Source: Eukaryota sp. TZLM1-RC
Taxonomy: Eukaryota > Protista > Metamonada: BaSk clade
Assembly: GCA_040285825.1 (NCBI GenBank)
Contig: JAUPSS010000008.1
Span: 1,054,001 to 1,118,000 of the forward strand
Length of the DNA: 64,000 nt
Reading direction: 5' to 3'
This document shows positions 32,102 to 43,554 of the stretch, in pieces. Made by a program: the position numbers and the translations under genes. Positions within the stretch are counted from its first letter, which is position 1; the number at the start of each line of letters is the position of its first letter. The notes beneath the pieces are model-generated. The model made no database searches and was not told the origin of the DNA. It saw only the letters and a program-made list of their open reading frames with translations.

Positions 32102-32233
32102 GATTCTTTGGATTCACTTCTTAACTATACCGTGTTTTTGTTATTTGGCCTCTTTATCCCTTGGGTATCGTTTGGGGAAATTGGGCTGGTTAGGTTACTT
32201 TTGCTTGCTGTTGGTCTTTTTTTATTCCAGCGA
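32102..32233 (+). pseudogene. 132-bp duplicated internal fragment of the antiporter gene (17785-17916)
   Basis: Direct alignment gives 129/132 identity. Confidence 0.95.
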
Positions 32234-32913
32234 TGAATGGATGAATTCCATGCAGGATGAAAATTAGGGATTTGGAGGCTTATTTTCGTAAATAGTAGAA
32301 CTAGTTTTGGACAGAATTGGCCAGTGTTATAGTATATGAATTCCATAGATGAATTCCATGTGGGTGGAATCCAATCTATTCAGTTGTTTTTAAGAATTGG
32401 GTTTGGATATATACAAATTACGATTGTCATGAATGTCTCTACCAAATAGGTTGCAGACAAGATACCTTGACAAATTTCAATTGTAAAGCTTTCCCAATCA
32501 TCAAGGGAATACAATTCCACAATTCTTCATATGATGTGAATGATTTGTCCATTAATTATCAGACCCTGTACAACCAATCACTAATTTGATTAATAATGAT
32601 ATCAATTAAAGTATTAGTATTAATGATTCATTGATTAGAACAAGATTAGTGGGAAGTGAATCGGCTATTATAACCAACATTGTGCAAGAAAATAAAAACT
32701 TAGCAATTGGACAATAACGATCAAGTAGCTCGAGGTTGCTGATCATGCTTCCACTGATCATTCAGTAATAAAGTGTTTATCTGCTGTTTTTGTTTTAGCT
32801 TAAAGAAAATAGTATTTGATCCCTAGAATCATGTTGTAGGCAGCATGTAAAGAAATGGGGCTTTAATAAAACCAATTATTTCCAAATCCTCTACATATAA
32901 ACAGACTGTTAGA

Positions 32914-33675
32914 ATGGCTCTCAACTCTCCATATCATTCATCTCCTGCCGTCAGCGAGAACAACCTCACATCTGATCTCGACGTCAATCCTATTGAAGAA
33001 TTGGATCCTTCTGTATCTGGTGGATACCATGTTCTTTTTGATAGGGAAATCCCCATCGAACTCCGTAGTCAATCTGCACCTTCGCAAGCTGGTGCACAGG
33101 AAGCCATCAAAGTCAAAGTACTCTTAGCACCTGAAGGCCAAAGTGGTCTCCGTATTGAACTCACATCAGAAAGTGACCTTTTCTTTTTATACCACCACAA
33201 CTTGGACGAGGTCAGTTTCAGGGCTCTTCAAGAGCAACAACGCCTCATGGTGGAGCTTCAAGAATTTCCCCAAGTCATCCTTCGCCAACTCAACCAAGTA
33301 CTGAAAGAACCCCACTCGTATGTGTTCTTTTCAACCTTATTTCAGACATTTGGCTGTTATGTTCCTTGCATCTGATGGCACTGCCAGACTTGATTTCATC
33401 CAGTCTCTTGTGTGTTGTATTTCTTCAACTCACCTCAGGAATACAAGTACGTGGAGCTCCTTTCTCTAACGTTCACTGCCGCCACCGAATCTGTTGTTCG
33501 CCAATGTATTACTTTTAGGTACAACTCCCTCAAGAGCAGATTGGCATTGACCAACAATAGGTTGGCTGAGATCAACTCTTTGATTAAGGTTAAGAACCCT
33601 TCCTTGTTGCTTCAGCTTCAACGTTCTGGTCCATCTGCTCTTAATCAAACTAGGAAGTCATCCCAATCAAAGTAG
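32914..33675 (+). CDS. SAS-6-like protein (short SAS6L type; exons 32914-33317, 33346-33409, 33439-33675)
   Basis: 'RIELTSESDLFFLY', 'LQEQQRLMV' PISA-like motif; the spliced product reads 'EPHSHLAV...ARLDFIQSLEYKYVELLSL'; 234 aa. Confidence 0.85.
33318..33345 (+). other. 28-nt intron
   Basis: GTATGT...TTCAG; restores the SAS-6 domain. Confidence 0.88.
33410..33438 (+). other. 29-nt intron
   Basis: GTGTGT...CTCAG; restores 'FIQSL-EYK'. Confidence 0.85.
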
Positions 33676-33846
33676 AATAACTGTATTGTTTGTATCTTAA
33701 TAAATATTGTATCTTTTTATGATTGTCATTGACACCCAAATCAGTTACATTGAAATTCTGAGAACCTTTTGTTGTAGTTTATTCAAAATTTAATTGCTTC
33801 TGTTTAACACCTCACAAATACATTTATTTACAATAAACTAAGCAAA

Positions 33847-36213
33847 TCAGTGACTCAATAAATTATCCTCCTCTACATCATACTCAGAGTAAACCTCTGT
33901 TGGTACTTTTCCTGGAAACCAAATAAACTTTCCAAAGAGCGCAGTGATTGCTGGAACCAAAAACGTTCGAACAATAAAAGTGTCAATGAGTACACAAACA
34001 GACAGCACAAAACCAAAAATGTTCAACACAGGACTATCTGACAATAGTAAACCAGAGAAAGCGAGTGCCATAATGATTCCTGCAAACGTAATAACAGAAG
34101 AAGTACGTGTTGAGGCCAAAATTATGCATCCTCGATTAGAATATCCTTTGAGTCGATACTCTCTGATACGTAAGGAGAGGAAACAATCATAATCTAAACT
34201 AAGTCCAACAAGAATGGAAAATGCCATGATGGGAAGAATCCAAATAACTTTTCCCTGAGATTCAAATGCAGAAAACAACTCCCCAAGGAAAGTTCCTTCT
34301 TGGTAGACCATAACTCCAAGACCAAAAACAAAGGAAATTGATAAAATAATGGTAAACAGCAATCTGATTGGTACCAATACTGATTTGAAAACAAACAAGA
34401 AAAGTAACAAAACAATGAGCAACGTTAACCCAATAATGAAAGGAAAATCGTCAAGAATAGCCCTGGTGGCGTCCAGTTGAGCGCAGGCAAAGGAAGTGAG
34501 CGCAAAATCAAAGAAACTGTAATGTTCTTCGGTTTTTTCAACCAATAAACGTAAATCGTCAATAAATTCAATAGCAGAATCACCAAAGGGATCAAACGAC
34601 ACCCTGACCGATAACATTGCAGCGTTACTATTATCAGAAATAAGCTGATCAGCTAACATTTGGTACTCCGGTAAAAATTCTCTTAATGTACTAGCTGTCT
34701 CAAAATCTATTAAGGCCCCTCTTACTAAACAAAGGGAAATCACATTATCAAACTCAGAAGGAAATGTGGTGTTGAAAAGTGAGAGGAAGTGTTGACAAGC
34801 ATCGAAATATTCAGTTGTGAATATTTCAGCTGTTCTGTTCTGATTGATTATTGCAAGGTTAAATGGTGAAACCGTACCCTTTGTGAACTCAACTCCCATC
34901 TTTTCGATTGCTCTTGCTGCCCTTGAATGTCGAGGTGCAAACTGAGAATTATCAATTGTCCAATCAAAATCCTTGACTTTGACTGAAATAGGTAAAGCAA
35001 GTAACGTGACCAACAAAATCACCAGAATCGACCCCCATTTAGAGGTGCAAAACCTTGAAGCCCTAAACCAAAAAGTGTTCTGTTCTCCTGTAGGTTTACC
35101 GAATGAAAGAGATTGAATATTACTCACAACAGCTGGTTTCTTGTCCTTATACCCCAAAAACTGTGGGAACAACAAGATTAAGCAAGGTGTCAAGCTAACA
35201 TTAATAGAAATGACTATAACCAAAGCTAATGCAGCACCAACACCAATGGTTTTGAGAATCTCTAAGGGGAAGAAAGCAAGAGAGCCAAAGGTAATCGCTA
35301 GTGTAGTACCAGAAACAAGGATAATTTCACCAGAAAAGGACACCATTTGATAACAACTTTCCTCTACACTTTTCCCTTTAGATCTTTCTTCTTTAAAACG
35401 AGAGAGAAGAAACAGTGAATAATCAATAGACATCGCAATGATAACAGTACTTTGAACGCTAGGAGTGAAGGAAGCAACTTTGTATACATACACCGCGATG
35501 GGAAGAGAAGCAGCAAAGGTGAGTGTGATGGAAAGAACAACAGAAACAACAGGTACAATCATCAAGGAGAATGATTTGAGAAACAAAGCACATACCACGA
35601 GAGCAAAGGGTAATATAATGGAATCAATACGGGCTAGGTCAGATATTGTGGAGGTTCTGGTATCTAGAAAGACCCCTGCTTGACTGACGACGTCTATGTA
35701 AAATCCTCGAAATTTAGCTAAGGAATGATCATCAATGAAGCTACGGACCCCCTTGACCATGTCAAAAGAAGATTCCAAGTCTTCGCCATACAACTGGTAG
35801 ACTGCAATCATGGCTGTGCGATTAGGACTAACTAATTCATCGGCGATTTCCTTAAAGTCATCAACTAACGAAAAGTAGTTTAAACTTGCAGAAATAAGGT
35901 TTGAGAAGTCGGAATACAAAGTCACATTGAGGTCTTGATAAAACTCCTTGACTTCTGGTAGATCAGTGGCTGGTGAAGAAATATTGAGAGTGTCTAAAAA
36001 GACCAGAAGAACGACATTCCTCACGTTGTCAGGAAAAACCTCGGCCATTAAGGAGTCAGCGATAAAGGAAGGCGATCCAGGAGGTGCTTCGAATGATAGT
36101 CGAGTAGAATTCATGTAACTAGGAGCGAAGATAATTGAGATGACAAATAGCATCGCCCAGCTACCAACGACAAGGAGCTTACATCGCTTCAGAAAGTTGA
36201 AGTAGCAAAACAT
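33847..36213 (-). CDS. MMPL-family (RND superfamily) transporter
   Basis: Two-fold 1+5 TM layout with 'SIDYSLFLLSRFKEE' and 'GLSLDYDCFLSLRIREY'. First ATG is at 36213. Confidence 0.88.
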   Translation of the reverse strand: MFCYFNFLKRCKLLVVGSWAMLFVISIIFAPSYMNSTRLSFEAPPGSPSFIADSLMAEVFPDNVRNVVLLVFLDTLNISSPATDLPEVKEFYQDLNVTLYSDFSNLISASLNYFSLVDDFKEIADELVSPNRTAMIAVYQLYGEDLESSFDMVKGVRSFIDDHSLAKFRGFYIDVVSQAGVFLDTRTSTISDLARIDSIILPFALVVCALFLKSFSLMIVPVVSVVLSITLTFAASLPIAVYVYKVASFTPSVQSTVIIAMSIDYSLFLLSRFKEERSKGKSVEESCYQMVSFSGEIILVSGTTLAITFGSLAFFPLEILKTIGVGAALALVIVISINVSLTPCLILLFPQFLGYKDKKPAVVSNIQSLSFGKPTGEQNTFWFRASRFCTSKWGSILVILLVTLLALPISVKVKDFDWTIDNSQFAPRHSRAARAIEKMGVEFTKGTVSPFNLAIINQNRTAEIFTTEYFDACQHFLSLFNTTFPSEFDNVISLCLVRGALIDFETASTLREFLPEYQMLADQLISDNSNAAMLSVRVSFDPFGDSAIEFIDDLRLLVEKTEEHYSFFDFALTSFACAQLDATRAILDDFPFIIGLTLLIVLLLFLFVFKSVLVPIRLLFTIILSISFVFGLGVMVYQEGTFLGELFSAFESQGKVIWILPIMAFSILVGLSLDYDCFLSLRIREYRLKGYSNRGCIILASTRTSSVITFAGIIMALAFSGLLLSDSPVLNIFGFVLSVCVLIDTFIVRTFLVPAITALFGKFIWFPGKVPTEVYSEYDVEEDNLLSH

Positions 36214-36279
36214 GGAGTCGAATCGAGAAACGTGTTCGACTGCCAATGTTTATGGAGATTATAATTTTGAGAGCAAACT

Positions 36280-36815
36280 GTTTTATTCTGCAATTCTGCA
36301 ATTTTGCACTTTTTAGCCAAAAATTGCGGGGTAGCAAGATCCAATGCTGATTTTTTAAACACATCAACAGCGAGAGCATCAATAACTTTGATTAATTCAT
36401 CGGAACCAGGGGTAATTGAATCATATTTTGCCCAAGGCGTTATCATCATCAGGGGACAGCCTACACACAGGCGGTTCTACAAATGCTTCAATGTGGTGAT
36501 TTTTGCACATGTCAACGGTTGAACTCTAACAGCATCATCATCAACCGAGCGATATGTTTTACTAAACTCACAAAGCAATAAATCATCAAAGTTCATTAGT
36601 TGACCACAACGACAAATTCAATTGTTGGGTACACTTCAAACCACAGAAAACACCTCATCTTTAGGGCAATCTTCCACTTATCGTCGTTGAGCAAAGAACC
36701 ACTGATGATGGAATTTTGAGGGACAAGACAAATTGAACAATTGTCTTTCAGGTCAATTAAAAAGTTGACAAAAACGGGATTCTTTTCCAAGCTAAGTCGA
36801 ACAGCACGATTCAAA
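36280..36815 (-). mobile_element. Degraded RLE non-LTR retrotransposon 3' fragment
   Basis: 'LLNDDKWKIALKMRCFLW' and 'PGSDELIKVIDALAVDVFKKSA' align with the 22902 ORF ('LLNDHQWTTAMRMRCFLW', 'PGIECVLNVVDVVSVDVCKNSA'). Confidence 0.75.
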
Positions 36816-37263
36816 TTTTCACAAAAATTTACTATTTATTTTGCAAATAAGCGTATGTATATCTTAGAAAAGCCAAACATCTGGACGGAATTTCTTGACT
36901 ATCAGTAGAAAATCATTTGATCCAATTTTGAGCACAGATGCATTCAATTTCACTCTGCAATGACACTAAATAAGCGACGAAGCAATTGTGTTTTTATTGC
37001 TATTTCTCAACAAAACGGTTTACAGATTCAAAAGAAGAAAATTTTGTTCAGTTTTACACAAAAATTTGGATTTCTTAAAACCTCTAATTTGGTGCTTTTG
37101 TGGTGTTCGGTATTCTCTGAAAAAATAATAGCTTTATAGTCATTGGTCAACATTTTCAATAATTGCAATAAGTAATTACTAATGATCCAATCAATTGGCA
37201 ATGTAATTTTTTAACCATTTGCCACAACTAAATCATCTTTTTTCTCCTCTCAATGACTGACAC

Positions 37264-38499
37264 ATGTGTCAAGCTGTAATTGAAGCATGTCTAGATGGTA
37301 ATCTCAATAATATACAACATATTCATGAGCATGATATTTCTGTTTTAAACTATGTAGACCCTGAGTCTGGTAATACTCTTTTGCATCTTGTTGTTATGGC
37401 TGAACACGTACATATTCTTAAGTTCTTACTAAACACATCATCAACTCTAGTGAATCACAGAAATGCAGACGGCCAATCTCCACTACACTTAGCTTGTGCT
37501 CTTTCATCCTGTGAACTGTCTTTGTGCTTGCTCAACCATGAAGCTGATGTCAATATTTTAGACAATTCGGGATTTTCACCCCTCAACTATGCCCTCAAAG
37601 GTAATCTCCTGTTAGTCAAACTTTTACTTGAATTTAGAGCAAATCCATTTATTGGAGTCTTCCCTTTACACCAGGCATGTACTGCTGGTGTTGAAACAGC
37701 ATACATTCTCGCTAGTTTTTCAGGAATTAACCTTAATGCGGTCAATTCAGTAGGTAACACGCCTCTCCACGATGCAGTACTGAACCATGATATAGAGGTC
37801 GCTGCACTCTTGCTCAAGAGGGGAGCTTTCCCTGTAACAGTCAACCAGCGGTCGAGAACACCTCTCTTTGATGCGATTAGTTTATCCTATTGGGACATTG
37901 GGTTGCTACTTTTAGGATTCTTACCTATTCGTGGTTATTCACTATTGACTAATGAAGGATATTGCTTGTTCCATGCTTGTAGTATGGCTGAGATTAGCTA
38001 TATGGATGATGGTTTTATTAAGTTTTCTATTGTATTTAATTCACTTTTATCTCACTCTGATCTTGTTAACTCTTTTTCCCTACATTATCACCAAACACCT
38101 TTGCTCTTAGCTGTGTCCAAGAATAGAGTAGAAGCTGTCACGTTTTTGTTGACTTTTCCGAATATAAACCTCTATCACACTGACTATAAAGGCCAAAATG
38201 TGTTCCACAGCCTTGACTCTGATGATGGCAGAATTCTCTTAAAATTGTTGAACTTTATCTCTAAGGATATTGAAGCTGTTCAATTGTTTCTGCAAAAGGA
38301 TTCTTTCTTAAACACTCCTTTGCTAACATTGGCAAAGAAAGGTTTCTTCTTTTCATGTGGATTGATTGTGAGGTTCTTAGAGACTAATTTTGCTGAAATA
38401 GCTTTTGATTTAGTAAATGAGGTAGACATTTATGGAGACTCAATAATCTCTATTTTAGAAGGAAATGATTTACTAGACTTGTCTGTTTATAAAAAATGA
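37264..38499 (+). CDS. Ankyrin-repeat protein
   Basis: Multiple G(N/Q)(T/S)(P/L)LH ankyrin motifs. Confidence 0.85.
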   Translation: MCQAVIEACLDGNLNNIQHIHEHDISVLNYVDPESGNTLLHLVVMAEHVHILKFLLNTSSTLVNHRNADGQSPLHLACALSSCELSLCLLNHEADVNILDNSGFSPLNYALKGNLLLVKLLLEFRANPFIGVFPLHQACTAGVETAYILASFSGINLNAVNSVGNTPLHDAVLNHDIEVAALLLKRGAFPVTVNQRSRTPLFDAISLSYWDIGLLLLGFLPIRGYSLLTNEGYCLFHACSMAEISYMDDGFIKFSIVFNSLLSHSDLVNSFSLHYHQTPLLLAVSKNRVEAVTFLLTFPNINLYHTDYKGQNVFHSLDSDDGRILLKLLNFISKDIEAVQLFLQKDSFLNTPLLTLAKKGFFFSCGLIVRFLETNFAEIAFDLVNEVDIYGDSIISILEGNDLLDLSVYKK

Positions 38500-38500
38500 C

Positions 38501-39247
38501 TTATATCTTCTTGTACAAGCGTTCTTTTTTTCTTCGAATACCACCCAAAGCATCGACAAATTCTCTCACAAAACTATTCTTGTCCAGTGTAATGTCGAGG
38601 CGATTTCTTAGTAGACTTACCCCATCACTATCTACACTTATCCTACCCAGATACTGTAATGATTTCCATATGACTGTTGCAGCAATGTTGGAATCAATGG
38701 CAAGGTCTGTTTGATGCACTGATTCATTGATAAAGTCTACAACAAGCAATAAAATATTAAGGGACTCTCTTCCTAACAAGGAATATGTAAGAATCTGAGA
38801 TTCTGGAACCAAAAACTTTTCAAAGGATGTTGGAAATAATTCTAAAACCAAATCTGCATCAAACTTGGTTGATGTATCATTCGATGCTAAGATTATTTGT
38901 TGGTCTGACTCAAATGCTATGCATACTTTACGAACTAAGCCTCCGTATTTCTTGTCAATGTCATTCGCCCTCAGACCTTCAATTGCAGATACCAATAACC
39001 TGTTTTTTGCCAACTTAAATGAATGGAAGGAAATGTCAAGATCATCATCATCAGCACACATGAATAGTATATCACATTTTTCAGTCACGGCAGCACAGCT
39101 TTCAAGAACGTGCATATTCCGCTTTCTAGCTTGATGAACATAACTTTCATGTACATCATAGACACAGATATTTTGAGGGCCAGTCTTGCTTAAAACTGCA
39201 TCAGCCAAATGAAAGCAACTGGGGCGAAAACCAAGAAACCCAATCAT
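38501..39247 (-). CDS. Divergent pyrroline-5-carboxylate reductase-like Rossmann-fold protein
   Basis: 'MIGFLG...ICVYD...CDILFMC...LLVSAIEG' P5CR-like layout, but the GxGxxA motif is degenerate. Confidence 0.5.
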   Translation of the reverse strand: MIGFLGFRPSCFHLADAVLSKTGPQNICVYDVHESYVHQARKRNMHVLESCAAVTEKCDILFMCADDDDLDISFHSFKLAKNRLLVSAIEGLRANDIDKKYGGLVRKVCIAFESDQQIILASNDTSTKFDADLVLELFPTSFEKFLVPESQILTYSLLGRESLNILLLVVDFINESVHQTDLAIDSNIAATVIWKSLQYLGRISVDSDGVSLLRNRLDITLDKNSFVREFVDALGGIRRKKERLYKKI

Positions 39248-39419
39248 TGTGTTATTTTATGTAGTCTACAGATGTTCTAGTGTCGTATCTCCCATTAGAT
39301 CAGCAAGTTTAGACCCGCAGATATATTGGAATATAACTGCGAACCAAAAAAATTTCACATTTTTGTATTTCGCAAGTTATATTTATTTTTTCAGCAAGCT
39401 TAAAAAAGAAGATGAGAAA

Positions 39420-40620
39420 CCGCAATCGAAAAGTGGTTTAATTGCATTTTGTCAATGTAATATTGAACATCGTTTTGATGATTCCATACCCAATAATGTT
39501 TTGTTTGATGGACATCGAAGACCTGTCTTTAATTTCTTCATTCTCATTCAAAAAGGAATACCAAAACAACTTAGTGGCGGACAAGAATTTGCATTACTCA
39601 GATGCTATTGTCACACGCAATATAGCACGCCACATGTATCAACAACATTGGTAGAAGTGAAAAAGTTACAAAGGCTGATCCTGTTATAAATAGCACTTGT
39701 TGCCCTGTGGTTGACTTCGATATTTCTCAAGCACTCTATTGATGCCGAAAAAGTGCGTTGATCCTAACAGTAAAAAGGACTCACCATGAGGTATAATATC
39801 TATCAAATTTTTTTACTTAGACCATAATCCTGCTCAATTTCAAGATATGAGTCTTGAACCAAACTTTTTAAGAACTGTTCCTAAACTACAGAAGAAGATT
39901 ATTAATTATTTAGAAGTAGAATCACTGCAAAACCAAATAAGCTTGGCTAACAACTCAGGTCATTTTTCTTTGAAATTATTTTTGTCTTCTTTGTGCAGTG
40001 TGAATTCTTTTCAAAATGGTTCGTCTTGTTTGATAACTTAAGTTCCTCGCCGTTTTGGACTATTGGTCTCAGTTATTCAATTTTTGACATTGCGAATTAG
40101 ACTTAATCTAACCCTTCCTCAAGCATATCAAAAATGCAATGTAAAGGTGGTACTTATGGTTCTTTTGATCACATTATTTCCTGCTGTAAATTCACTCAAA
40201 AAAGATCAATCATCCACATTGCTGTTCGTGATTGTATTTATGATCTGTTACAATGGTTCATCATTCAGTTCGTTTAGTACCTCTGTTTGATGAAATTAAT
40301 TTCAGTTTGAGCCAAAAACGAGGTGATATTCAATATGCTTGGATATGTTGGAACTGAACTAATTATTGATTGTACCACCATATCTCCGTTGAAAAGAAGT
40401 GCCAATTCTGACATTCAACATTTACTCAAAATTCCAATAAATCAAGATACAGGACCCTTCTACAACGTCTCAATGGAGCAAGAAACAGAAACATCAAAAT
40501 TTTTGATTTTCAAAATGATTAATAATTAACTGTTTCTATAAGGGAGAGGCAGGTTTTGATTATGTGGAGCTATAGTTGTGTATTTGAAATTGTTATTCTA
40601 TTCGTTTTTTAATAAAAGTT
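39420..40620 (+). mobile_element. Degraded RLE non-LTR retrotransposon remnant
   Basis: Broken frames give 'PKLQKKI', 'SSCLIT.VP', 'LRIRLNL', 'DHIISC...RSIIHIAVRDCIY' and 'RGDI...LIIDCT', paralleling the 22.6-kb copy. Confidence 0.6.
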
Positions 40621-40858
40621 TCCAAACAATATTTATTGAACATGTACACTTAATAAAATTAATTCGAAACTAATGGGACGAAAATCATTGAACCAAGATT
40701 TCCTCTACAAAATCATGATCTGCTTGCTGTCTAGCTAAAGCTTCTCTAATTTGATTGAAAAACCGAGGTGATCTATTTCCAAAATTAAAACAAAGAAAAT
40801 ATTTCACTTTTCAAAAACTCAATCCCATCAGTGTAAAAAGGACACTTATTTCATTGTT

Positions 40859-42376
40859 ATGACCATTGATCTCCCTGAAACACCTGATTCCATCAGGGCA
40901 GACCTTGAATCTCCAATGTGTCCTCAGTGCTCTTCTCCTTTGGACTCTCCCAGAATCAAATCATGTGAAGAGGTTGAGGTCTCGGAAGATAACGAACCAG
41001 CACATCATTTGTTGTCTGATCATCTTTCTTACTCTGAACAGGAAACCTCCCCTCATATATCCCATTCCTCTGTTTCGCCCAACATCACTCACTCCGTCGA
41101 AGATTCTTTTTTGGAGGACCAGTCTGAGGAGGAAGAGAATCTCTTTGAATCTCCACTTCCTCCTTCCCTTTCCTCTCTTAAAACGCCTCCCACCATTGAA
41201 ACGACCTCTACCCCTCCCCCTCTAGATCTGAACAAAGTCTGCCCAGTCACTCTTGAAACTAGTCCTGAAAGAATCTCTTCTCGCATTGAAAGGCTTTCCA
41301 AACCCAAGGCAGTGACTCCTAAGCCACTGTCCAAGTCGATCGAGCCCCCAGAAAGGTCACCACCTAAGGGAATGACACTTGCTGAAAGACAGCGGGAATT
41401 AAAGAAGAAAAGGCAAGAACGACAGGCAGAATTTGCTGCAAAGAGAGCTGAACTGTTACAAAAGAAGGAAGAAGAAAAGGCCAAAAAGCTAGAAGAAGAG
41501 AGGAAGCAGGCAATGGAGAGGAAAAGGAAATTGGAAAAGCAACGGAAGGCAAGATTGGAGAGAATAGCAAACAGCACGAGCAAGATTACAGAGAAACCTG
41601 TCAATTTATCATGGAGTAAGGACGGGTCCAAAAGGTCAAAGGATGCATTATTTGAGGAAATTACTGAGGAAAATAGAAGAAAACGAGAGATGAGGAATCG
41701 TGTTGAAGAGCGAGCAAAGAACCTTCTCAACCAATTGAATTCTCCAGCACCCGAAGGTTTGTCTAGCCCTAGACAAACCTATGTTTCAGAAGATGAAGAC
41801 GATAGACCAGTTGTTATGTCAAAGGGAACTTGGGAAAGGCTTACGTCCCCAAAGAAGGCAAGTAGAGAGATTAAAGGTATTCAGCAAGGTACTCCTGAGC
41901 TTTCTCCAGTAAAAGAAAAGAAACCAGCGTTTAAGGGACTTCCGAGAGTTGCCCAGATTAAGCAATCAAATGAAGGTCTGTCTCCTCGACAATTGATTGA
42001 AAAAAGAAGAGAGGAGTTTTTAAAGAAGGATGTTGCAGGAGCTTTGAGTACACAATCAAGAGACAAATCAGAGAAAACTCTTGAAGCTCAAATTAATGGT
42101 ACTCTGTCCGGAATTAGAGAAACGGTGAAACCTTCTCCTAGAGAATTGGTGGAAAAAAGAAGAGAAACGTTTTTAAAGAAGGATGTTGCGAATCAGTCTG
42201 CTTCCAAGCCACGATGCAATGCAAATCAATCCGCCACAGACCAAGTCAATGGTACCATTTCTGAAATAAATGATGCTTTATCTCAATTCAGAGATAGTAA
42301 GTCTCAACTTACAAATACTATTTCTGAAATCAAGGGTGATGTAGGACATTCTCCTGAAGAGGAGAAGAGTTGTTAA
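40859..42376 (+). CDS. Low-complexity coiled-coil protein, unknown function
   Basis: 505-aa ORF with a Ser/Pro-rich N-terminus, an E/K/R coil and a duplicated 'SPRxLxEKRRExFLKKDVA...QxNGTxSxI' unit. Confidence 0.7.
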   Translation: MTIDLPETPDSIRADLESPMCPQCSSPLDSPRIKSCEEVEVSEDNEPAHHLLSDHLSYSEQETSPHISHSSVSPNITHSVEDSFLEDQSEEEENLFESPLPPSLSSLKTPPTIETTSTPPPLDLNKVCPVTLETSPERISSRIERLSKPKAVTPKPLSKSIEPPERSPPKGMTLAERQRELKKKRQERQAEFAAKRAELLQKKEEEKAKKLEEERKQAMERKRKLEKQRKARLERIANSTSKITEKPVNLSWSKDGSKRSKDALFEEITEENRRKREMRNRVEERAKNLLNQLNSPAPEGLSSPRQTYVSEDEDDRPVVMSKGTWERLTSPKKASREIKGIQQGTPELSPVKEKKPAFKGLPRVAQIKQSNEGLSPRQLIEKRREEFLKKDVAGALSTQSRDKSEKTLEAQINGTLSGIRETVKPSPRELVEKRRETFLKKDVANQSASKPRCNANQSATDQVNGTISEINDALSQFRDSKSQLTNTISEIKGDVGHSPEEEKSC

Positions 42377-42627
42377 AGAATGTTTCTGTTGAGTATTGAC
42401 TTTATTAGTTTATTATAAATGTTTATTTGGATTTAAGTCAATTGTGTGCATTAACTACAAAACAATGCTGAATTCAAACATCGACATGACAATAAGTTAA
42501 AGAAAAACAAAAATAGGTCAAATGAACAATAAAGAGAAAAAGGACTAAATAAAAAAACGATTGCCAAGTAAACAAGCCAATAATAACATAAAAAAGATAG
42601 TAAAGCTCTCTCAACTGTGGAACAGCC

Positions 42628-43554
42628 CTATTCAACGTCACTCCTGTCCTTTCTAAGATCCTCAATATCTCCCTCCCCAACAAACCCCGATACTCCACTG
42701 ATCCATTCTGTAAGGTAAAGGCAATTGAGAGGACCTATTTCTCCTTGTAACAAACACTTTCTTCGAACAGGACACCGAGTGCAAGGAACACAAGATACGT
42801 AATCGACCAAAGGGATAGGTTGAAATACTGTAAAGAAAGAGACATAATGGCCAAGATCATCCAGCTTTTTAGTTTCATTCAATTCACCATCCAACACGCA
42901 AACATTACAAAGGGTTTCCACCATGTCCTCTGGTAAATCTACATTCTTGGTAAGACCTCTTTGTCGAATTTCATTGTGAATGTCCTTGACTGAAACACCT
43001 TTGTGGCCCTTTTTCCTGACAATAGCGACAATAATTTTCAATAAATTATCAACAAAATTATAATCAAAATTCTGATTATCATCATATAAAAGACCACCAG
43101 TGTGAGTTGCACTGGGTTCAAGATCATAAAGCATATAGACTTTTCTTGACTTATGTTGAACAGACTTGACTGATTTAACTAGTTTTCTGTTTTGTAGAGT
43201 TTTCAATAGCTTAGTTAAATGGGGAGCAGGAAAGTTTGTTCCAAATCTAAGTTCTTTAATCCATATTCCTTGATTACCTGTTCTTGCAATGTGGGTAAAA
43301 ACAAGACGTTCATCCTCAGCGAGAGTGCGAAGTTTTTCGGCTTCTTCGTGTGACCTGCGAGAGACAACAAGTTGTCCATTTTCCTGAATAAGGTCAACTA
43401 AACATCGTTTGTTGAGCTCATTGATTGTATTAACAATTTCTTTTGGTTCAACATCATCAAGAACTGATTGAAGATGGGGTATATTGACAGAGGTACCGGC
43501 CTTGTCCAGTAGATCAAAAATGCGTGTATCAAGAGAAGTTTTCTTCTTGGACAT
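42628..43554 (-). CDS. RPC34: RNA polymerase III subunit RPC34/RPC6
   Basis: 'GNQGIWIKEL', 'LVKSVKSV...RKVYMLYDLEPS...TGG', and the C-terminal Fe-S cluster motif 'PCTRCPV...C...I.P.NC.Y...W'. Confidence 0.93.
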   Translation of the reverse strand: MSKKKTSLDTRIFDLLDKAGTSVNIPHLQSVLDDVEPKEIVNTINELNKRCLVDLIQENGQLVVSRRSHEEAEKLRTLAEDERLVFTHIARTGNQGIWIKELRFGTNFPAPHLTKLLKTLQNRKLVKSVKSVQHKSRKVYMLYDLEPSATHTGGLLYDDNQNFDYNFVDNLLKIIVAIVRKKGHKGVSVKDIHNEIRQRGLTKNVDLPEDMVETLCNVCVLDGELNETKKLDDLGHYVSFFTVFQPIPLVDYVSCVPCTRCPVRRKCLLQGEIGPLNCLYLTEWISGVSGFVGEGDIEDLRKDRSDVE

